Shown here: in pieces, positions 59,495-64,000 of the stretch
How the letters are laid out: every line of letters starts with the position of its first letter
Numbering within the stretch: position 1 is the first letter of the stretch
From: an uncultured Actinomycetota bacterium
GTDB taxonomy: Bacteria > Actinomycetota > Actinomycetes > JAFAQI01
Assembly (NCBI GenBank): GCA_963770565.1
Contig: CAVYQE010000002.1
Coordinates: 128,001 to 192,000, forward strand
Length of the DNA: 64,000 bases
Direction: 5' to 3'
Notes under the pieces: model-generated
Told to the model about the DNA's origin: nothing
What the model saw: only the letters and a program-made list of their open reading frames with translations
The model's database searches: none
Made by a program: the position numbers and the translations under genes

Positions 59495-60229
59495 ATGAGT
59501 ACGGAGACATCCGCAGCGACCGCACCGACCGCGACCAAGGAAGCGCGGCTCCTCGTGGTCGACGACGAGCCGAACATCCTCGAGCTGCTCTCGGCCAGCC
59601 TGCGGTTCGCCGGCTTCGATGTCGCGACCGCCACGAACGGCAACGATGCCCTGCGGGTCGCGGCCACCTACCGGCCGGACCTGGTCGTGCTCGACGTGAT
59701 GATGCCCGGCCTCGACGGCTTCGAGGTCGTCCGCCGACTCCGCAAGGACGAGCACCGGGTCCCGGTCCTGTTCCTTACGGCGAAGGACGCGACCGACGAC
59801 AAGGTGGCCGGACTAACCCTCGGCGGCGATGACTACATCACCAAGCCGTTCAGCCTCGAGGAGGTCATCGCCCGGATCCGTGCGGTCCTGCGCCGGCTCA
59901 CCAACAGTGCACCCACCACGCCCGGCGCGACCTTGGCGTTCGGCGACATCGAGCTCAATGACGACACCCACGAGGTCTTCAAGGCCGGCCAGCCGGTCAC
60001 CCTGTCGCCGACCGAGTTCAAGCTGCTGCGCTACTTCCTGCAGAACCCGACCCGCGTGCTGAGCAAGGCGCAGATCCTCGACCACGTGTGGAATTACGAC
60101 TTCGGTGGCGACGCGAACGTCGTCGAGTCCTATGTCTCCTATCTGCGCCGCAAGATCGATACGACCGAACCCCGGCTGCTGCACACGATCCGAAGCGTCG
60201 GCTACGTCCTGCGCCAGCCGCGCGAGTAA
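59495..60229 (+). CDS. OmpR-family response regulator (mycobacterial PhoP/TcrX-like)
   Basis: LLVVDDEPNI, LDVMMP, GLTLGGDDYITKPFSLEEV, VWNYDFGGDANVVESYVSYLRRK. Confidence 0.93.
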   Translation: MSTETSAATAPTATKEARLLVVDDEPNILELLSASLRFAGFDVATATNGNDALRVAATYRPDLVVLDVMMPGLDGFEVVRRLRKDEHRVPVLFLTAKDATDDKVAGLTLGGDDYITKPFSLEEVIARIRAVLRRLTNSAPTTPGATLAFGDIELNDDTHEVFKAGQPVTLSPTEFKLLRYFLQNPTRVLSKAQILDHVWNYDFGGDANVVESYVSYLRRKIDTTEPRLLHTIRSVGYVLRQPRE

Positions 60230-60231
60230 CC

Positions 60232-61785
60232 ATGCCGAACCCGTTGCATTGGCTCAGCGAGGTGGCGGCCCGGATGCCGCTGCGGATCAAGCTCGTCGCA
60301 ACGGTCCTCGTGCTGGCCGCGATCGGTCTCAGCCTCGCCGCGGTGGCCGCGACCACGTCGCTGCACTCTTACCTGCTCAACCGGGTCGACGACCAGCTCA
60401 AGAGCGCCAGCGGACCGATCATTAACGGTTACGACGTCCGCGACGGCTTCGGCGGCGGCTTCAACGGCGGCGGGCGCGGGCCCCGGCTGCCGAGCGAGTT
60501 CTACGTCGTACCGCTGTCCCCCGACGGCACGCCGGACGGAAGCCCGCAGGACGCGCCACTGTCGGCGCAGTCGCCACCGAAGTTGCCGATCCTCACCTAC
60601 GGCGACATCGCCGCGCTCAACGGCCAGCCATTCACGGTCTCCTCACGCGACGGGAAGATGCAGTGGCGAGCCGTGGCAAACGTGATCCCCGGCACCACGG
60701 ATGGCGTGGTGGTCGCTACCTCGCTCAGCGACCTCGACCACACCGTCAACCACCTCATCCTGATCGAGGCGCTGATCGGTGGGATCGCGCTGATCTTCAT
60801 GGGCGGCGGCGGCTACCTGCTCATCAAGCGCTCGCTCCGGCCGCTGGCGCAGGTCGAGACCACTGCCGCGGCGATCGCCGCCGGCGACCTCTCGCAGCGG
60901 GTGCCGCCGGGTCATCCCCGCACCGAGGTCGGCCGGCTCTCCGGCGCGCTCAACGTCATGCTGACGCAGATCGAAGGCGCGTTCGCGAAGGAGCGCGAGT
61001 CGAGGCGGCAGGCCCGCGCGTCGGAGGACCGGATGCGACAGTTCGTGGCCGACGCGAGCCATGAGCTCCGAACCCCACTGACATCGATCCGGGGTTTCGC
61101 CGAACTGCACCGGATGGGTGCGGCGAGCGACGACGCCGAGGTACGCCGGATGATGCAGCGGGTCGAAGACGAGGCCTCGCGGATGGGCCTGCTGGTCGAA
61201 GACCTGCTCCTGCTTGCGCGACTCGACCAGCAGCGTCCGCTCGAGCACGTCCGCGTCGACCTGCTCGAGATCGCCAGCGACGTCGTTCACGACGCCCGGG
61301 TGGTCGCGCCGTCCCGGTCCATCGACCTGCAGGTCCACGCGACCGCGCCGCCGGTGGTGCTCGGCGACGAACCGCGGTTGCGGCAAGTCATGCACAACCT
61401 GGTGACCAACGCGATCACGCACACCCCGGACGGCACGCCGGTGACGGTGATCGTGTCGACCGACAACGGCTCCGAGCCCAAGGCGGTCATCGAGGTCGCC
61501 GACGCCGGACCGGGGCTGAGCGACGAGCAGATGCAGCGGGTATTCGAGCGGTTTTACCGCGCCGACACCTCGCGCAGCCGCGATGGCGGTGGCACCGGCC
61601 TCGGGCTCTCGATCGTCGCGGGGATCGTCGCCGCGCACGGCGGACGGGTGAGCGTCGAGTCCGCCGACGGAGACGGCGCGATCTTCCGGGTCGAGCTTCC
61701 GCTGGCGGCAGACCTGTCCGAGGATCAGCGCCCGGCCGTGGCGACCGCGACGCCTGCGGTAGCGACGGACCAGCCGACAACCTGA
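60232..61785 (+). CDS. Sensor histidine kinase (PhoR/TcrY-like)
   Basis: Two TMs, HAMP, FVADASHELRTPLT, NLVTNA, DAGPG, FERFYR, GTGLGL. Confidence 0.93.
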   Translation: MPNPLHWLSEVAARMPLRIKLVATVLVLAAIGLSLAAVAATTSLHSYLLNRVDDQLKSASGPIINGYDVRDGFGGGFNGGGRGPRLPSEFYVVPLSPDGTPDGSPQDAPLSAQSPPKLPILTYGDIAALNGQPFTVSSRDGKMQWRAVANVIPGTTDGVVVATSLSDLDHTVNHLILIEALIGGIALIFMGGGGYLLIKRSLRPLAQVETTAAAIAAGDLSQRVPPGHPRTEVGRLSGALNVMLTQIEGAFAKERESRRQARASEDRMRQFVADASHELRTPLTSIRGFAELHRMGAASDDAEVRRMMQRVEDEASRMGLLVEDLLLLARLDQQRPLEHVRVDLLEIASDVVHDARVVAPSRSIDLQVHATAPPVVLGDEPRLRQVMHNLVTNAITHTPDGTPVTVIVSTDNGSEPKAVIEVADAGPGLSDEQMQRVFERFYRADTSRSRDGGGTGLGLSIVAGIVAAHGGRVSVESADGDGAIFRVELPLAADLSEDQRPAVATATPAVATDQPTT

Positions 61786-61798
61786 CATCCTCGGCAGC

Positions 61799-62971
61799 GT
61801 GGAACAGCCGGCTGCCTCGACGATCGCGGCGACCGCTCGCCGGATCGAGCGGGCGTCGGGTCAGCTGTCGACCCGCGCGCAAGGGCTGATGGAAGAAACC
61901 CTGCCGTGGTTCTCCGCGATGCAGGCCCAGCCGCGGTCCCTCGTCGGGCTGATCGTGCAGGCCGGCATCCGAGGGTTCGCAGACTGGCTTCGCTCGCCCG
62001 GTGCCGGCTCCCGGATCACCGCCGACGTGTTCGCGGTCGCCCCGAGCGACCTCACCAGCGTGGTCACCCTCGAACAGACGGTCGAGCTGGTGCGGATCGC
62101 GGTCGAGGTGACCGAGGCCGCGGTCGACGAACTGGTCGCGCCGGCGCAACAGACCTGGTTGCGCGAGGCGACCCTGCGCTACTCCCGCGAGATCGCCTTC
62201 GCCGCTGCGTTGGTCTACGCCCGCGCGGCCGAGCAGCGCGGTGCGTGGGACGCCCGGTTGGAGTCGCTCGTGGTCGACGCCGTCGTACGCGGCGATGTCA
62301 GTGACTCGCTGTTGTCGCGCGCGTCCGCGCTCGGCTGGACCCAACCCGAACAGGTGATCGTGGTCGCCGGACGGGCGCCCGACGGCGACCCCGAGCGGGT
62401 CCTGTCGCACGCCCGGCACCTCGGCCGCGCCGGTGGCGCCGACATCCTCGCCGGCGTGCAGACCGCGCGGCTGGTCGTGATCGTCGGCACCACCGGCCGA
62501 CTGTCCCGCCTGACTAAGGCCCTGCTCCCCGCCTTCGCCGAGGGTCCGGTGGTGACCGGGCCGGTGGTCGGCGGGCTGGTCGACGCGGCGATGACGGTGC
62601 AGGACGTGTTCAGCGCGCTGCGGGCGGCCGCCGCCTGGCCGGCCGCGCCACGCCCGGTGAACAGCGACGAGCTGATGGCAGAGCGCGCGATCTCCGGCGA
62701 CGTTCGCGCCGCTCGTGCCCTGGTGACCGATATCTACCGCCAGCTCGAGACCGACCCGGTGCTGCTCGCCACGGCGGACGCGTTCGTCCGCTCCGGCGGC
62801 GCGATCGAGTCCTCGGCCCGGGAGCTGTTCGTCCACGCAAACACGGTTCGCTACCGTTTGCGACGGATCGCCGAACTGTGCGGGCGCGACCTGACCGATG
62901 GTCGGGACCGCTACGTCATCCAAGTGGCAATGACGCTTGGCAGACTGGAAGTCAGTGGGCCTGGTTTGTAG
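61799..62971 (+). CDS. fasR: PucR-family fatty-acid synthesis regulator (FasR/MabR-like)
   Basis: LPWF, YSREIAFAAA.VYARAAE.RGAWDARLE, LFVHANTVRYRL; directly upstream of fabD. Confidence 0.88.
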   Translation: MEQPAASTIAATARRIERASGQLSTRAQGLMEETLPWFSAMQAQPRSLVGLIVQAGIRGFADWLRSPGAGSRITADVFAVAPSDLTSVVTLEQTVELVRIAVEVTEAAVDELVAPAQQTWLREATLRYSREIAFAAALVYARAAEQRGAWDARLESLVVDAVVRGDVSDSLLSRASALGWTQPEQVIVVAGRAPDGDPERVLSHARHLGRAGGADILAGVQTARLVVIVGTTGRLSRLTKALLPAFAEGPVVTGPVVGGLVDAAMTVQDVFSALRAAAAWPAAPRPVNSDELMAERAISGDVRAARALVTDIYRQLETDPVLLATADAFVRSGGAIESSARELFVHANTVRYRLRRIAELCGRDLTDGRDRYVIQVAMTLGRLEVSGPGL

Positions 62972-62983
62972 GATACCTACAAA
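62965..62983. promoter_or_regulatory. MabR/FasR-type operator upstream of fabD
   Basis: Palindrome TTTGTAGG-ATA-CCTACAAA, i.e. TTTGT-N9-ACAAA. Confidence 0.7.
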
Positions 62984-63051
62984 GGATCACCCCGAAAGAC
63001 TGTACGTGCCTGACCTGACTTAGGCACCCGAAACAAGCGAGGGTGGTGGGT

Positions 63052-64000
63052 GTGCTCGCCATCCTTGCGCCCGGACAAGGCGCCCAGCGAGAGGGCTTCC
63101 TCTCACCGTGGCTGTCGCTGACCGGAGTCTCCGAGCAGCTGGCTGAGCTCAGCGACGCCGCCGGCATCGACTTGATCGCCGCAGGCACCACGAGGTCCGA
63201 CGCAGAGATCACCGACACCGCGATCGCGCAGCCGTTGATCGTGGCGGCCAGCCTGATGAGCGCCGGTCAGCTGCAGAATCTCCCCCGCGCGACGGTCTTC
63301 GCCGGCCACAGCGTCGGCGAGTTCGCAGCGAGCGCGCTCGCCGGAATCCTCTCCCCGCGGGATGCGGTCTCGCTGGTCGCCACCCGCGGGAGTGCGATGG
63401 CGCTGGCGTCCGCTGCACCGCTCGGCGGGATGACGGCGATCCTCGGCGGCGACGCCGACGAGGTGACGGCAGCGATCGACGCCGCCGGTGCGTACGTCGC
63501 CAACCACAACGCCAAGGGCCAGGTGGTCGCGGCGGGCACGGCAGAGTCGCTGGAGCGGCTGGCCGCGGCACCGCCGGCGGGCGCCCGGCTGCGGCCGCTC
63601 GCCGTCGCCGGCGCGTTCCACACCGACCTGATGGCACCGGCCCGGGCAGCGATCGCCGCGGCGGCCCGGAACGTCACCGCCAACGACCCGGTCGCCGGTG
63701 TGATCTCCAACGCCGACGGCGCGGTCGTCAACTCCGGCATGGAGATGCTCCAACGGCTCGTTGCGCAGGTGTGCGCGCCGGTCCGGTGGGACCTCTGCAT
63801 GCGGACCCTCGGTTCGATCGGTGTGACCGCGACGATCGAACTCGCCCCGGCCGGCACGCTCACCGCCTTGATCCGCCGCGAGCTACCCGACGTCACGGCG
63901 CTCGCCCTCCGTACGCCGGAGGACCTCGAGGCGGCGGCCGCGCTTATCGACGAGCACGGCGCCGAGCTCACCGACATCGGCCTGCCGTGGCAGCTGCTGG
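63052..64000 (+). CDS. fabD: Malonyl-CoA:ACP transacylase (runs off window end)
   Basis: (M)LAILAPGQGAQ, AQPLI, GHSVGE, VAGAFHT, PVRWD, ELAPAG; no stop before 64000. Confidence 0.92.
   Translation, partial: MLAILAPGQGAQREGFLSPWLSLTGVSEQLAELSDAAGIDLIAAGTTRSDAEITDTAIAQPLIVAASLMSAGQLQNLPRATVFAGHSVGEFAASALAGILSPRDAVSLVATRGSAMALASAAPLGGMTAILGGDADEVTAAIDAAGAYVANHNAKGQVVAAGTAESLERLAAAPPAGARLRPLAVAGAFHTDLMAPARAAIAAAARNVTANDPVAGVISNADGAVVNSGMEMLQRLVAQVCAPVRWDLCMRTLGSIGVTATIELAPAGTLTALIRRELPDVTALALRTPEDLEAAAALIDEHGAELTDIGLPWQLL

Overview
High-GC actinobacterial chromosomal window in two parts. Right part (35.9-64 kb): intact core genes, namely UPF0182, PDZ/Lon, moaE, epimerase, zincin, M48-type hydrolase, enoyl-CoA hydratase, DUF5679, ThiF-like, gltA, ABC1 kinase, split methylmalonyl-CoA mutase, folE, a MacAB-like exporter, GT2-GtrA, a PhoPR-like pair, a FasR/MabR-like regulator and the start of fabD. 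Left part (1-35.8 kb): accessory DNA downstream of an initiator tRNA-Met gene (35772-35845, minus). The main unannotated structure is a recurring non-coding junction with copies at ~14.3-14.8, 24.8-25.0, 26.75, 27.55-27.9 and 35.6-35.8 kb. In its complete form it is arm A with a terminator hairpin, then a tRNA 3' core, then arm B with an integrase RBS/start. These copies divide the region into a tandem stack of cargo cassettes, and no intact integrase lies in the window. Cargo includes an ArsR-led group-4 [NiFe]-hydrogenase-like complex that keeps all four Ni-binding Cys, a frameshifted ClC/MarR/zwf/H+-ATPase block, a CAAX protease plus epimerase, and secreted proteins. Further left lie a flavinylation operon, a LexA-boxed DUF222-HNH gene, a DUF2075 nuclease-helicase, FG-GAP and other propeller proteins, and CutRS-like genes with a DD-carboxypeptidase. 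All family calls come from motifs recognised by eye; no searches were run.
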